From positions 8,081 to 72,080 of the forward strand of contig JABHXF010000034.1 of assembly GCA_018657385.1 (NCBI GenBank): a stretch of 64,000 nt of DNA, read 5' to 3'. The position numbers and the translations under genes are program-made. A model generated the notes under the pieces. The model saw nothing but the letters and a program-made list of their open reading frames with translations. It did not search any database and was not told the DNA's origin. Each line of letters opens with the position of its first letter. Within the stretch, counting starts at the first letter, position 1. Positions 52,563-63,416 of this stretch are shown piece after piece. Source of the DNA: Candidatus Woesearchaeota archaeon. Its GTDB lineage: Archaea > Nanobdellota > Nanobdellia > Woesearchaeales > DSVV01.

Positions 52563-54200
52563 ATGTCAACAATGTTTTCAATTGTAGAAAATAGCAGCAG
52601 AAAATATCCAAATAAGACAGCATTAGTCTATAAGGAAAACAAATATACTTATTCAGAACTAATGAAAAAAATAGATGTAGTTAGATCATTCTTTATCAAT
52701 AATACATCTAATCAAGATAAAGTGTTCTTATTAATGGAAAATTCAGATTCGTGGGTTATATCATATTTTGGTATTATGGGTGCAGGATGTATATGTGCTC
52801 CTCTTGGTGTAAGAACATCTGATTCTAACATCTTATTCCAACTTAAATTTGCACAACCAAAATATATTGTAATTTCAAGTAAGTTTAAAGACAAATGTGA
52901 AAGATTAGAGTTAGATAAAATTGCAAAAGTAATAGTTTATGATGAAATAATTGACAACCATGATAAAATTGATAACAGCAATGAAAATATAAGAAATAAT
53001 GAATCCAGTGTTCATAAAAGAGAAGTTGAATTAACAGAAGATAGTTATAATAGCTTAATTTATACATCAGGAACCAAAGGGATTCAAAAAGCAATCCTAC
53101 TTAAACATAAAATAGTGTATAATTCAACAAAAAACATAATAGATTACCTCAAAATTAGACATGATGATATTTATTATCAAATATTACCATTATCACATTC
53201 ATTTGGTCTTGGTAATGTTCATACCACATTATATATGGGTGGCACAGTTATAATTGCAGATAACACAATCAATTTAAAAAAAATAATTAATGAAATGGTT
53301 GAAAACAAAGTTACATTTTTTGCAGCTGTTCCATTAACACTTAAATTGATGGTTGAAAATTTCTTTGAAGATTTTAAAAGATTAGATGAACATTTAAGAA
53401 CAATTTGCACAAATACAGGACCAATGCCAACTGATATTACACATAGAATAATTACAGAAACCAAAAACATTCAATTTTATACATATTATGGGTTAACAGA
53501 AGCATCAAGATCATCTTTTATGTACTTTAATCTATATCCAGATAAATTAAAGTCAGTAGGGAAACCAACACCTAATGTAAATATTAAATTACTAAACCAT
53601 AATGGAGAGATAATAACAAAAGCTAATGAAGTTGGTGAAATATGTATTATTGGTAACCATACTGTAAAGGGTTATTGGAATAATGAAGAAGCAACAAATA
53701 AGTCATTTAAGCAAGGATGGTTACACACAGGCGATATGGGATACTTTGATAATGAAGGATTTTTGTTTGTAACTGGTAGAGATGATGATATTGTGAATAT
53801 GGGTGGAGAAAAGGTTTCATTACAAGAAATAGATAATGTAATTAGTAAATGCGCATTAGTAAAAGATGTAATGTGCCTAGAACAAAAAGATTATGAGAGA
53901 GAATTTGTAATTAATGCACATGTAGTTTTAGATGATGACAAATTAAATAATAATCAAGAAGAAAAATTAAGTGAAGAAGAGATCAAAAGAATCATATTAG
54001 AACATTGTAAACAAAGTTTAGACAATTTCAAAATACCTAATAAAATCCTGTATTGTGAAACACTACCTAGAACAGATTCTGGAAAAACTAAAAGAGCGTT
54101 TTTTAGAAATCAAATGAATAAGGAAAATGAAGAATTCAAAGATGAGGAAAGATTCAAAAAAAATGAAGTAATTAATAAAGGTGATATAAATGGAAAGTGA
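52563..54200 (+). CDS. AMP-dependent synthetase/ligase (acyl-ACP/CoA ligase)
   Basis: AMP-binding motif LIYTSGTKGIQKAILLKH. Also ...YGLTEA... and a C-terminal ...TDSGKTKR motif. Confidence 0.75.
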   Translation: MSTMFSIVENSSRKYPNKTALVYKENKYTYSELMKKIDVVRSFFINNTSNQDKVFLLMENSDSWVISYFGIMGAGCICAPLGVRTSDSNILFQLKFAQPKYIVISSKFKDKCERLELDKIAKVIVYDEIIDNHDKIDNSNENIRNNESSVHKREVELTEDSYNSLIYTSGTKGIQKAILLKHKIVYNSTKNIIDYLKIRHDDIYYQILPLSHSFGLGNVHTTLYMGGTVIIADNTINLKKIINEMVENKVTFFAAVPLTLKLMVENFFEDFKRLDEHLRTICTNTGPMPTDITHRIITETKNIQFYTYYGLTEASRSSFMYFNLYPDKLKSVGKPTPNVNIKLLNHNGEIITKANEVGEICIIGNHTVKGYWNNEEATNKSFKQGWLHTGDMGYFDNEGFLFVTGRDDDIVNMGGEKVSLQEIDNVISKCALVKDVMCLEQKDYEREFVINAHVVLDDDKLNNNQEEKLSEEEIKRIILEHCKQSLDNFKIPNKILYCETLPRTDSGKTKRAFFRNQMNKENEEFKDEERFKKNEVINKGDINGK

Positions 54201-55338
54201 ATCTGAAATGAATAATAAAGAAAATAGTCAAATTAATCTTATCAATGAAAATAATAGAATGTTTGGGTTTCTAAAAAAAGCATTCTTTCCAAAAACCATA
54301 ATATTTTCAAGTTTGAATAATTATCTAAAAACAATTGAAAATAAGAAATGTTTCTTAATATGCTCAAAATCATTTCTTGACAACAATCCAGACTGCACAA
54401 CTAATCTTGAAGTAGTAGACAAATATATTTTATCTGGAGAACCAAGTATTAATACATTAAAAGAATGCGTAGATAAAATCAATCAAATCACTGAGGAACT
54501 TTTCATTATAGGAATTGGTGGAGGATCAGTAGTTGATCTTGCAAAAGCGGTAAAAAAAGAATGTAATAAACAATTAATTGTAATTCCAACAACACCTGCA
54601 ACAGGTTCAGAAGTAACACCATTTTCAGTATTTGTTGACCAAGAAGAAGAAAAAAAAGAAGAAGAGAGAGAAAGAGAAAACAAGAAAACAATAATTAATA
54701 GTCAAAAATTGTTGCCAGATGTTGTAATCTTAGATCCATCATACCAAAAAACAATACCTAAAGAATTACATGGTTACATGGTTGGAGATATACTAGCCCA
54801 TAGTATTGAAGCTTTTTTATCAAAATTTTCTAATCCATTATCAGATGTTTTAGCATTACAATCAATTAAATTAATAGATCATACCTTAAGCATAGATGAT
54901 TATAATAAAAACATAGATAAATTTTGGGAAAAGATTCAAATAGCTGGATTATTAGCAGGACAAGCACAAGGCATGGCTGCAACAGGATTAGTACATTCAT
55001 TTGCTCATCAATTTGGAGCAAAATATAAAATACCACATAGTAAAGCAGTTACAATATTTCTAAAGGATGTGATTAAGCTTAATCTTGATAATTATGATGT
55101 AAATGAAAAAATGAGTAATTTAGGTTATTTAAAACCTGAAGATTTAATCTCAGTAATTGAAAAACATCAAAGATTATTTAATTTACAAAACGATAAAATG
55201 AGAATAAAGGTTAACAATGATTTTAATATGGAAGAATGTATTAATAAAATAAAAAGAGATGTTTGTTCAGCAACAAACCCATTTAGAGCAAATGATGAAC
55301 AAATTAAAGAAATAATTGAAAAACATATTGAAAATTAA
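54190..55338 (+). CDS. iron-containing (group III) alcohol dehydrogenase family oxidoreductase
   Basis: GIGGGSVVDLAKAV and ...PTTPATGSEVTPFSV..., the Fe-ADH nucleotide and metal-site motifs. It overlaps the upstream gene. Confidence 0.65.
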   Translation: MESESEMNNKENSQINLINENNRMFGFLKKAFFPKTIIFSSLNNYLKTIENKKCFLICSKSFLDNNPDCTTNLEVVDKYILSGEPSINTLKECVDKINQITEELFIIGIGGGSVVDLAKAVKKECNKQLIVIPTTPATGSEVTPFSVFVDQEEEKKEEERERENKKTIINSQKLLPDVVILDPSYQKTIPKELHGYMVGDILAHSIEAFLSKFSNPLSDVLALQSIKLIDHTLSIDDYNKNIDKFWEKIQIAGLLAGQAQGMAATGLVHSFAHQFGAKYKIPHSKAVTIFLKDVIKLNLDNYDVNEKMSNLGYLKPEDLISVIEKHQRLFNLQNDKMRIKVNNDFNMEECINKIKRDVCSATNPFRANDEQIKEIIEKHIEN

Positions 55339-55405
55339 AAAGAAATGAAAAAATAGAATAATTCAAAAGAAAAAATTGAAAATAAAAAGAGTGTAGATAA
55401 TAAAA

Positions 55406-56548
55406 ATGAAAGTTGATGAATTAATTGAAAAAGATGCATATTCAATGCCTTCAAGTGAAAAACAAACATTATTCCTTGAAGCAATGAAAGAATCAATTAG
55501 ATTTCACTATAATAATTGTAATGAATTTAAGAATTATTTAGATTACTTAAAATTTGATATTAATTCTGAATATAGCTTAGAAGACCTTCCTTATCTACCA
55601 ATACCAATTTTCAAAGAGATGGAATTAATAACAGGATCAAAAGAAGATATTAAAACAACTATTAACTCAAGTTCAACAACATCAAATAAACCAAGTAAAA
55701 TTCCTCTTGATAAAATTACAATGAAAAGACAACAAATTGCATTAAAAAATATTATGTCAAGTTACCTTGGGAAAGAAAGAAGAATATTTATTATATTTGA
55801 TAAAAAATCTACTATTGAAAATCGTGGTCAGAACACATCATCAAGAGCATCTGCAATCCTTGGTATGTTGCCTTTTGCAAAATCAATGAAATTTGTCCTT
55901 AATGATGATTTAGAGTTCGATATGGAGTTGTTTAAAGAAGCAATAGATTCAATAAGTAGTAGTAATAATGATGATAGAGAGAGTGGTGAAAAAATTAAAA
56001 TTTGTTTTTTCGGCTTTACATGGATAATATATAAAACATATTTATCAATAAGAAAAGATCTGAAAAAATTAGAGCAGTTTAGAATATTAATTAAGGAGTT
56101 ATCTAGGTTATCAAATGATAAAAAAGTTTTACATATTGGTGGTTGGAAAAAATTAAAAGAAATAGCTGTTGAAAAATCACAATTCAATAATGAAATAGGT
56201 ATGATTACTAATGTAGATATAAAAGAAATAATTGATTTTTATGGAATGACAGAACAACTTGGAACAGTTTATCCTGATTGTGAAGAAGGATATAAACATG
56301 CATCTTTATACTCAGAAATAATTATTAGAGACCAAAACACATTATTACCATTAGAAGTTGGAAAAGCAGGATTAATTCAATTGATAACACCTTTACCAAA
56401 TAGTTACCCTGGAATATCAATATTAACTGAAGATGTTGGAGAGTTAATAGGAATAGATAATTGTAAATGTGGACGAAAAGGCAAATATTTCATATTCAAG
56501 AAAAGGGTTGAAAAAGCACCAATTAAAGGATGTGGTGATACATTATGA
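55406..56548 (+). CDS. LuxE-like acyl-protein synthetase/acyl-adenylating family protein
   Basis: The N-terminal ...SMPSSEKQTLFLEAMKESIRFHYNNCNEFKNYL and the P-loop-like INSSSTTSNKPSKIPL are consistent with PF04443. This is a family-level call only. Confidence 0.45.
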   Translation: MKVDELIEKDAYSMPSSEKQTLFLEAMKESIRFHYNNCNEFKNYLDYLKFDINSEYSLEDLPYLPIPIFKEMELITGSKEDIKTTINSSSTTSNKPSKIPLDKITMKRQQIALKNIMSSYLGKERRIFIIFDKKSTIENRGQNTSSRASAILGMLPFAKSMKFVLNDDLEFDMELFKEAIDSISSSNNDDRESGEKIKICFFGFTWIIYKTYLSIRKDLKKLEQFRILIKELSRLSNDKKVLHIGGWKKLKEIAVEKSQFNNEIGMITNVDIKEIIDFYGMTEQLGTVYPDCEEGYKHASLYSEIIIRDQNTLLPLEVGKAGLIQLITPLPNSYPGISILTEDVGELIGIDNCKCGRKGKYFIFKKRVEKAPIKGCGDTL

Positions 56549-57894
56549 AAGTAATATTTAAGAATGGTAAGATATTAAATGAAACATTTGAAAAAGAGTC
56601 TAGTAGTCAAGAAATTAAAGATATAAATATGGTCATAGAAGAACTTAAATCAAAGAAAGAGTATATTCATTCATTAAAAATAGATTGGATTATTGAGTTT
56701 TTCAATGAAATTTCAAGATATTGGATAGGGAATAAAGAATTAGAAACTAAAGTTGGAACATTAAAGCATTTAGCAGATTTTTTTACAAAAGAAAATACAA
56801 CATCTATGCTGAATTTTGCATTACGTGGAGATTATAAAATATTAGATAACTTTATTGATTTAAACCAAATAAAATATGTATATCATTGTCAACCAAGAGG
56901 ATTAGTTGTTCAATGGCTTTCAGGAAATGTACCATTATTAGGTTTATATTCTATTTTTATGGCTATGTTAACTAAAAATGTATCTTTAATTAAAGCATCA
57001 AGTAAAGCATACAAAGAATTATTGATATTATTAGAATCATTAAATAATGTTAATACTGAATATATCAAAGGTTCAGAGTTCTTAGAAACAATTACAGTTG
57101 TTTTAGTAGATAATAATGATACAAAAACACATAATGAAATGTCATCATCAGCTGATGTTAGAGTTGCATGGGGTGGTCATGAAGCAATACAAACAATAAT
57201 TAACCTAAAAAAAGATGTTTTTTGTGAAGATATTGTGTTTGGACCAAAATATTCATATGGAGTTATTGATAAAGAAGCATTAGTTGATTATAAAAAAATA
57301 GCACAAAGATTAGCATTTGATATTTGTACATTTGATCAACAAGCATGTTCTTCTCCACATACAATATTTGTTGAGGAAAACAACCAGACCTCTGCTGTAG
57401 TATTTGCTGAAGAACTAGCAAAGAATATTGATTTTATCACTAAGAAAATGCTTCCAAAAGAAAATGAAGGTGCACAAAAAAAATTAGAAATATTAACACA
57501 AAGGGCAAAGTATAGTATGATGGAAGAGACAAGAGATATAAAAGACATAGAAAGTACAAAAGATTCAAAAGTATTTTCATCAGAAAATACAGATTGGACT
57601 GTAATATGCAGTAATGAAGAAGGTTTGTATAATGCATGCTTTTCAAGAGTAATTCATGTAAAACCAATAGATAACATTAGTAAACTAAAACAATATAATG
57701 ACAAAAAAAAGCAAACTTTAGGTATTGCCTTGAATAAACAAAATCGAAAAGAAATAATTAATGAGATTACATTAAATGGGATTGATAGATGCCCAAGATT
57801 CGGAGATATGACCTTATTTGAATCACCATGGGATGGAATGTTTCCAATAGATAGATTAGTAAGATGGGTAGCATTAAGCAAAAAAAGAGATTAA
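56545..57894 (+). CDS. LuxC-like acyl-CoA/acyl-protein reductase (aldehyde-dehydrogenase superfamily)
   Basis: YVYHCQPRGLVVQWLSGNVPLLGLYSIFMAMLTKNVSLIKASSKAY resembles the LuxC HWxAGNxP...LTKN pattern. It overlaps the upstream LuxE-like gene by 4 nt. Confidence 0.5.
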   Translation: MKVIFKNGKILNETFEKESSSQEIKDINMVIEELKSKKEYIHSLKIDWIIEFFNEISRYWIGNKELETKVGTLKHLADFFTKENTTSMLNFALRGDYKILDNFIDLNQIKYVYHCQPRGLVVQWLSGNVPLLGLYSIFMAMLTKNVSLIKASSKAYKELLILLESLNNVNTEYIKGSEFLETITVVLVDNNDTKTHNEMSSSADVRVAWGGHEAIQTIINLKKDVFCEDIVFGPKYSYGVIDKEALVDYKKIAQRLAFDICTFDQQACSSPHTIFVEENNQTSAVVFAEELAKNIDFITKKMLPKENEGAQKKLEILTQRAKYSMMEETRDIKDIESTKDSKVFSSENTDWTVICSNEEGLYNACFSRVIHVKPIDNISKLKQYNDKKKQTLGIALNKQNRKEIINEITLNGIDRCPRFGDMTLFESPWDGMFPIDRLVRWVALSKKRD

Positions 57895-58023
57895 ACTTTA
57901 TTCAAAAAGAAAAATAAGACAAAACAAAATTAAAAAACAAACAATAGATCAAATAAAATTCAATCATGAAAAAAATGAATTAGATCAAGAAAAAGAAACA
58001 TAAATTGAAGAGAGGGAAAAAAC

Positions 58024-59175
58024 ATGACAATTAAAGTACCATTATTTAAAACATTTTCAGATGAAAAAGACGTAGAAGCAGTTGCAAAAGTACTTAGAAG
58101 AAAAACTTATTGGGCAACAGGACCAGAAATACAAGAATTTGAAAATAAAATAGCTGAATTTGTTGGAAGAAAGTATGCATTAACATTTAATTCAGGAACA
58201 TCAGCTTTACATGCATTACTTCTTGCACATGATGTTAAAGATAAAGAAGTAATTGTACCTTCATTTACATTCATTGCAACCTCAAATGCAGTAATCCTAG
58301 CTGGTGGAAAACCAGTATTTGCAGAATCTGAACATGAAACATTTGGATTAGATGCTGAAGATGTTAGAAAAAGAATAACACCTAACACAAAAGCAATAAT
58401 GCAATTACATTATGGTGGATTCCCAGGAAAAGATACTGAAAAATTAAGAGAAATCGCTGATGAACATAATATTTTATTTATTGAAGATGCTGCTGAATCA
58501 CTTGGTTCAAGCATAAATGGAAAGATGATTGGAAACTTTGGCCATAGTTCAATGTTTAGCTTTTGCCAAAATAAAGTATTAGCAATTGGTGAAGGAGGAA
58601 TATTATTAACTGATGATGAAAAAGTTTTTGAAAAAGCAAAATTAATCAGATCTCATGGAAGAGTTGAATTAAATGAAGATTATTTTTCATCAACAAAAGA
58701 TAATGATTATATTGAAGCAGGATTTAATTATAGAATGCCAACAATTTGTGCAGCATTAGGATTATCACAATTTGATAAAATACAAGAAGTAATTAGTAGA
58801 AGAAGAGAAAAAGGCCAATATTTGAGTAAACATTTATCTCAAATTAAAGGCATTAGAATTCCTCTTGAATTCAAAGACCATTTTCAAGTATATCAAATGT
58901 ATTCAATATTACTCGAAAATGAAGCAACAAAAGATAAATTACAAGAATATTTAACAAAAAATGGTATAATGAACAAAGTCTATTTTTTACCTGTACATCT
59001 AAAAACATTATACAAAAGAAATTATGGATGTAAAGAAGGAGATTTACCCAAAACAGAACTATTATCTAGTAGAATATTAAATATTCCACTTTTCCCTGAT
59101 ATTAGTAAGGAAGATCTTGATTATATGATAAAAATAATAAAACAGTTTTTTGATAGTATAGATAGTATCAACTAA
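58024..59175 (+). CDS. DegT/DnrJ/EryC1/StrS-family PLP-dependent sugar aminotransferase (PseC/LegC/ArnB-like)
   Basis: ...ALTFNSGTSALHALLLA..., ...DAAESLGS... and ...FSFCQNKVLAIGEGG... (the PLP-Lys region). Confidence 0.8.
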   Translation: MTIKVPLFKTFSDEKDVEAVAKVLRRKTYWATGPEIQEFENKIAEFVGRKYALTFNSGTSALHALLLAHDVKDKEVIVPSFTFIATSNAVILAGGKPVFAESEHETFGLDAEDVRKRITPNTKAIMQLHYGGFPGKDTEKLREIADEHNILFIEDAAESLGSSINGKMIGNFGHSSMFSFCQNKVLAIGEGGILLTDDEKVFEKAKLIRSHGRVELNEDYFSSTKDNDYIEAGFNYRMPTICAALGLSQFDKIQEVISRRREKGQYLSKHLSQIKGIRIPLEFKDHFQVYQMYSILLENEATKDKLQEYLTKNGIMNKVYFLPVHLKTLYKRNYGCKEGDLPKTELLSSRILNIPLFPDISKEDLDYMIKIIKQFFDSIDSIN

Positions 59176-59188
59176 GAGAGCAAAAATA

Positions 59189-60898
59189 ATGAGTAAAATA
59201 AAGAACTTTTTTGAAAATTTAAAAATAGATGATTGTAATAGTTATCACCCTTATTTGTTTTTAGTATCTTTCATATTATTGCTTAGCTTTTTTAGAAATG
59301 ATATCCCCATATCAACCATATTTTATAGTGCATTAATTATGTTAGGACTCACATTTGCATTATATGGATCAATAGCTCTTGTATTAAAGATTATAATTAA
59401 AAAAAATGTAATAAATAAGGCTTCAATATTGACTACAACAATTTTATTTGTAGTATTTCCATTAAGTTTCCTGTTTTACTCATTGAGAAATACAAAAATA
59501 AATAGTTTTGTAGTAGGCAGCCCAATAAATCTATTAGTAATTTCATTAATCACGTTAGGATTAGTTGGATTATTTGTCCTATTAACTAAAAAAGATTTAA
59601 TTAAGCTGAATAAAAGATTAAATAAAATCTCAAATGTAGTTATTATATTAAGTTGGATTATATTCTTAATAATTATTATAACACAAAACATAGGTTTAGC
59701 AGACCAAGGAATTGAATCATTTGAGGATGAAATTGTAAAATTTGTTAATGACAAAATAACATATGAATCTGATGATATTGAAAGCAAAAATGATAATGAT
59801 AAAAAAGAAGAAGGGATTATAATTTATGAGGATATAAATACAGAGCTAGAAAAGTTACCCAATATTTATTATATATTATTAGATGGATACACAAGTTCAT
59901 ATAATCTTGATCAAATATATAATTATGATAATAGTGATTTCACAGATTACCTTACAGATAAAGGCTTTTACATTGCAAAAGAGAGTAATAGTAATTATGC
60001 AAATACATACTTATCTGTATCATCATCTACAAATATGCAGCATGTAACATTTTTAGGAAATATATTGGGAGAAGAAGCAAGTGGAAGAATCATTCCAAAT
60101 CACATGATTAAGAATAATAAAGTAATGAATTTCTTAAAAACAAAGGGATATAAAATTTATCATGATGTTGAACATGGTAATAAGAATACTAATGCAGATT
60201 ATCATGGTTGTGGTGCAAAATTTGATAGGTTTAAAGAATTATTTGAACCAACTATGATAGATATAATTGATAATAAGATTGGAACAATTAGAAGAATGAG
60301 ATATAAATGTTCATTCAATAAACTTAAATCAGCACATGATAAAGAAGGTCCCATATTTGTATTTGCACAAATAAAGCCACCACATCCAGTTTATGTATTT
60401 GATAAAGATGGCAATGCAGTATTAGCTAATATGGGTACAGAAGATTATATGTGGAAACAAAAAGATAATTATATTGAACAATTAATGTATGTAAACAAAG
60501 TCATGATTAAAATTATTGATAAAATATTAGCAGAATCAGAAACCCCACCAGTTATAATAATACAAGGAGATCATGGCACAGGTTCATCATTTGCTCAAAT
60601 TGATAGAGAAGATGGTGGAGGGTGGGAATATCCTGAAAATAAAACAATGTTAAAAGAAAGAATGGGAATATTAAATGCATATTATCTTCCTGAATTAAAA
60701 AATGTAGAAAAGTCCAGTGTGAATAATGAGATATTATACTCATCTATAACACCAGTTAATAGTTTTAGAATTGTGTTTAATCAATATTTTGACATGGAAT
60801 TAGAATTATTAGAAGATGATAGTTTTTATTCATCAAAAAGAACACCATATAGAATGGTTGATATAACTGATAAAGTTAAAATTGAAGGAGAGAATTAG
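59189..60898 (+). CDS. membrane-anchored sulfatase/alkaline-phosphatase-superfamily transferase (LtaS/EptA-like)
   Basis: An N-terminal domain of about 5 TM helices is followed by an extracytoplasmic domain with ...IYYILLDGYTSSYNL... and ...IIIQGDHGTGSS.... Confidence 0.5.
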   Translation: MSKIKNFFENLKIDDCNSYHPYLFLVSFILLLSFFRNDIPISTIFYSALIMLGLTFALYGSIALVLKIIIKKNVINKASILTTTILFVVFPLSFLFYSLRNTKINSFVVGSPINLLVISLITLGLVGLFVLLTKKDLIKLNKRLNKISNVVIILSWIIFLIIIITQNIGLADQGIESFEDEIVKFVNDKITYESDDIESKNDNDKKEEGIIIYEDINTELEKLPNIYYILLDGYTSSYNLDQIYNYDNSDFTDYLTDKGFYIAKESNSNYANTYLSVSSSTNMQHVTFLGNILGEEASGRIIPNHMIKNNKVMNFLKTKGYKIYHDVEHGNKNTNADYHGCGAKFDRFKELFEPTMIDIIDNKIGTIRRMRYKCSFNKLKSAHDKEGPIFVFAQIKPPHPVYVFDKDGNAVLANMGTEDYMWKQKDNYIEQLMYVNKVMIKIIDKILAESETPPVIIIQGDHGTGSSFAQIDREDGGGWEYPENKTMLKERMGILNAYYLPELKNVEKSSVNNEILYSSITPVNSFRIVFNQYFDMELELLEDDSFYSSKRTPYRMVDITDKVKIEGEN

Positions 60899-60967
60899 AT
60901 TTAAAGAGTATAAAAAATAGATTAAATATACAATTAAAATAATTAAAAGCTAGAGAGGTAAAATAAA

Positions 60968-61927
60968 ATGGTTACAGACGAAGATTTAAAAAAAGAAGCA
61001 GAAGCCTTTGATAAACAAACTGAAGAAAGAATTAAACAAGGTTTTATTCCTGATTTAAGAAGATTAAAGAAAGTTGAATGGTTTTACAATAATATGTGGA
61101 GAGATCCAGAATTTGTTAAAATCCACCTTATGCCTAAAGTAAATTATGTAATTAACATTGCAAAACAAAAAGGAGGCAAAGTTTTAGAACTAGGATGTGG
61201 TTATGGATATTTAACATTAGAATTAGCAAGAAATGGATTAGATGTTACAGGCATCGATCTATCTTCAAAAAGTATAGAAGTTGCAAAAAGGTTTGCAGAG
61301 GAAAATCCATTCAAAGAAAACTTTGGATCATTAAACTATGAATGTAATAATATTTTAGAAATGGAGTTTGGAGAAAACAAATTTGATACAATTGTATTTT
61401 TTGGAACATTACACCATCTTCCAGATATAGATAAAATATTATTAAAAGTTAATAAAGCATTAAAAGATGGAGGAAATTTAATTGTATGTGAGCCAATTAG
61501 AGAAAATCTAAAAAAAGAAGAAATCCAAATTGCCTCAATTCTAAAAGCAATTCTTCCAACATACATTCCTTATGAAGAAAAACTAGGTAAATTAGATAAC
61601 ACAGAAGAGTGGAATAAGTATGTTGATGAAGTTTACAAAGAATACACATACCAAGATGATCATGAACAATCACCATGTGATAATATCACATCATCAAAAG
61701 ATTTGATAGTTAATTCAATAAAAAACCAATTTGAAGTTAAAAATATTGAATTTTCTGATGCATTCTTGGATAAGATTATTGGAGGACTAAGAGGAGAAAA
61801 CAAATACTTAATAGCAAAATTCCTTAAATTCTTAGATGATGAAATGATCAAGAAAAACATGATGCAGCCAGGAGGGATAAGAATCCATGCTGTCAAACAA
61901 ATTAATGAATCAAACATAAGAGATTGA
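60968..61927 (+). CDS. class I SAM-dependent methyltransferase
   Basis: KVLELGCGYGYLTLELARNGLDVTGIDLS. Confidence 0.75.
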   Translation: MVTDEDLKKEAEAFDKQTEERIKQGFIPDLRRLKKVEWFYNNMWRDPEFVKIHLMPKVNYVINIAKQKGGKVLELGCGYGYLTLELARNGLDVTGIDLSSKSIEVAKRFAEENPFKENFGSLNYECNNILEMEFGENKFDTIVFFGTLHHLPDIDKILLKVNKALKDGGNLIVCEPIRENLKKEEIQIASILKAILPTYIPYEEKLGKLDNTEEWNKYVDEVYKEYTYQDDHEQSPCDNITSSKDLIVNSIKNQFEVKNIEFSDAFLDKIIGGLRGENKYLIAKFLKFLDDEMIKKNMMQPGGIRIHAVKQINESNIRD

Positions 61928-61939
61928 AAGAAATAAACT

Positions 61940-63328
61940 ATGAAGAGGGATAATATGAAAATCGACCAAATATTAGTTACAAACGATACAAGCATTAAAG
62001 AAACAATGAAAATTATTGATAGGGGTTCCATCAGAACTGCAATAGTAGTAGATGAATCTAAAAGATTAATTGGTGTAGTAACAGATGGTGACATCAGAAG
62101 AGGGATATTAAGTGGTATTGATATTAATGAACAAGTATCAAAAATAATGAATGATAACCCTTTTTTTGTAAAATCAAGCACATCAAAAGAAGAAATTATT
62201 ACTACGCTTAAAGAAAAAGGAATTCTTAATGCACCAGTTGTAGATGAAAACAAAAATGTAATAGATATAGTTTTGCTATCTGGTGGATCAGGCACATCTA
62301 ATTTTAATAAAAGTGAAAGATTAAATAAACATCTTGGTACAATTCTTGTAATTGGTGGCGCAGGTTATGTTGGTTCAATTTTAGTTAGGAAATTATTATC
62401 AAAAGGATATAGAGTAAATGTTCTTGATAAATTTTTATATGGTAAAGAATCACTTCAAGACATTAAAGAAAATCAAAAATTGAGAATTGTAGAAGGAGAT
62501 ACAAGACATATTGAAGACATTACTTCTGCAATAAGAGAAGCTGATGCAGTTGTTCATTTAGCAGAACTTGTAGGAGATCCTGCCTGCGCATTAGATACAA
62601 CAAAAACTACTGAAATTAATTGTCTTGCAACAAGAGCAATTGCATCTATTTGTAAACACTTTCAAATTAACAGATTAGTATATGCATCATCATGCAGTGT
62701 ATATGGTGCATCTGAAGGTGGTGCATTATTAACTGAAGAATCACCACTTACTCCTGTATCGTTATATGCTAAAATGAAAATAGCATCTGAAAAAGCATTA
62801 TTAGAAATGAGAGATGATAATTTCTTACCAACTATCTTAAGATTAGGTACTGTATTTGGTTTTTCATATAGACCTAGATTTGATTTAGTTGTAAATTTAC
62901 TTACAGCAAAAGCAATAAAGGAAGGTAAGATCACTATATTTGGTGGTGACCAATGGAGACCAAATGTACATGTTGAAGATGTTGCAGACACAATTGTTTC
63001 TGTACTTGAATCACCTATTGAAGATGTTGGTGGTAAAATATTTAATGTTGGTCATGAAGACAACAACCATACAATAAATAAAATTGGAGATTATGTCAAA
63101 GAATTAATTCCAAGTGCTGAAGTAGTAATTGAGGACAAGGAAGTTGATAAAAGAGATTATAAAGTTGATTTTACAAAAATAAGAGAAATATTAGGAGATA
63201 ACATTAAGAAAAATTTAGGAGATGGAATCAACGAAATTAGAGTAGCATTAGAACAAGATCAAGAATTAGATTATTGTGATAAAAAACATAGTAATATTAA
63301 ATTCTTAACAGAGAATAATCCAAATTAA
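61940..63328 (+). CDS. fusion of a CBS-domain pair with an NAD-dependent sugar-nucleotide epimerase/dehydratase (extended SDR)
   Basis: The first about 120 aa are CBS-like (IVTDGDIRRGIL...). The remainder has the Rossmann GTILVIGGAGYVGSILV and a catalytic YAKMK. Confidence 0.7.
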   Translation: MKRDNMKIDQILVTNDTSIKETMKIIDRGSIRTAIVVDESKRLIGVVTDGDIRRGILSGIDINEQVSKIMNDNPFFVKSSTSKEEIITTLKEKGILNAPVVDENKNVIDIVLLSGGSGTSNFNKSERLNKHLGTILVIGGAGYVGSILVRKLLSKGYRVNVLDKFLYGKESLQDIKENQKLRIVEGDTRHIEDITSAIREADAVVHLAELVGDPACALDTTKTTEINCLATRAIASICKHFQINRLVYASSCSVYGASEGGALLTEESPLTPVSLYAKMKIASEKALLEMRDDNFLPTILRLGTVFGFSYRPRFDLVVNLLTAKAIKEGKITIFGGDQWRPNVHVEDVADTIVSVLESPIEDVGGKIFNVGHEDNNHTINKIGDYVKELIPSAEVVIEDKEVDKRDYKVDFTKIREILGDNIKKNLGDGINEIRVALEQDQELDYCDKKHSNIKFLTENNPN

Positions 63329-63416
63329 TAGAATTTAATTATTTTTTCTTTTATTTTATTATTTTCTGATTATTAATTAAATCATGTTGTAATGAAGAGA
63401 TTTACAACACAGCTTA

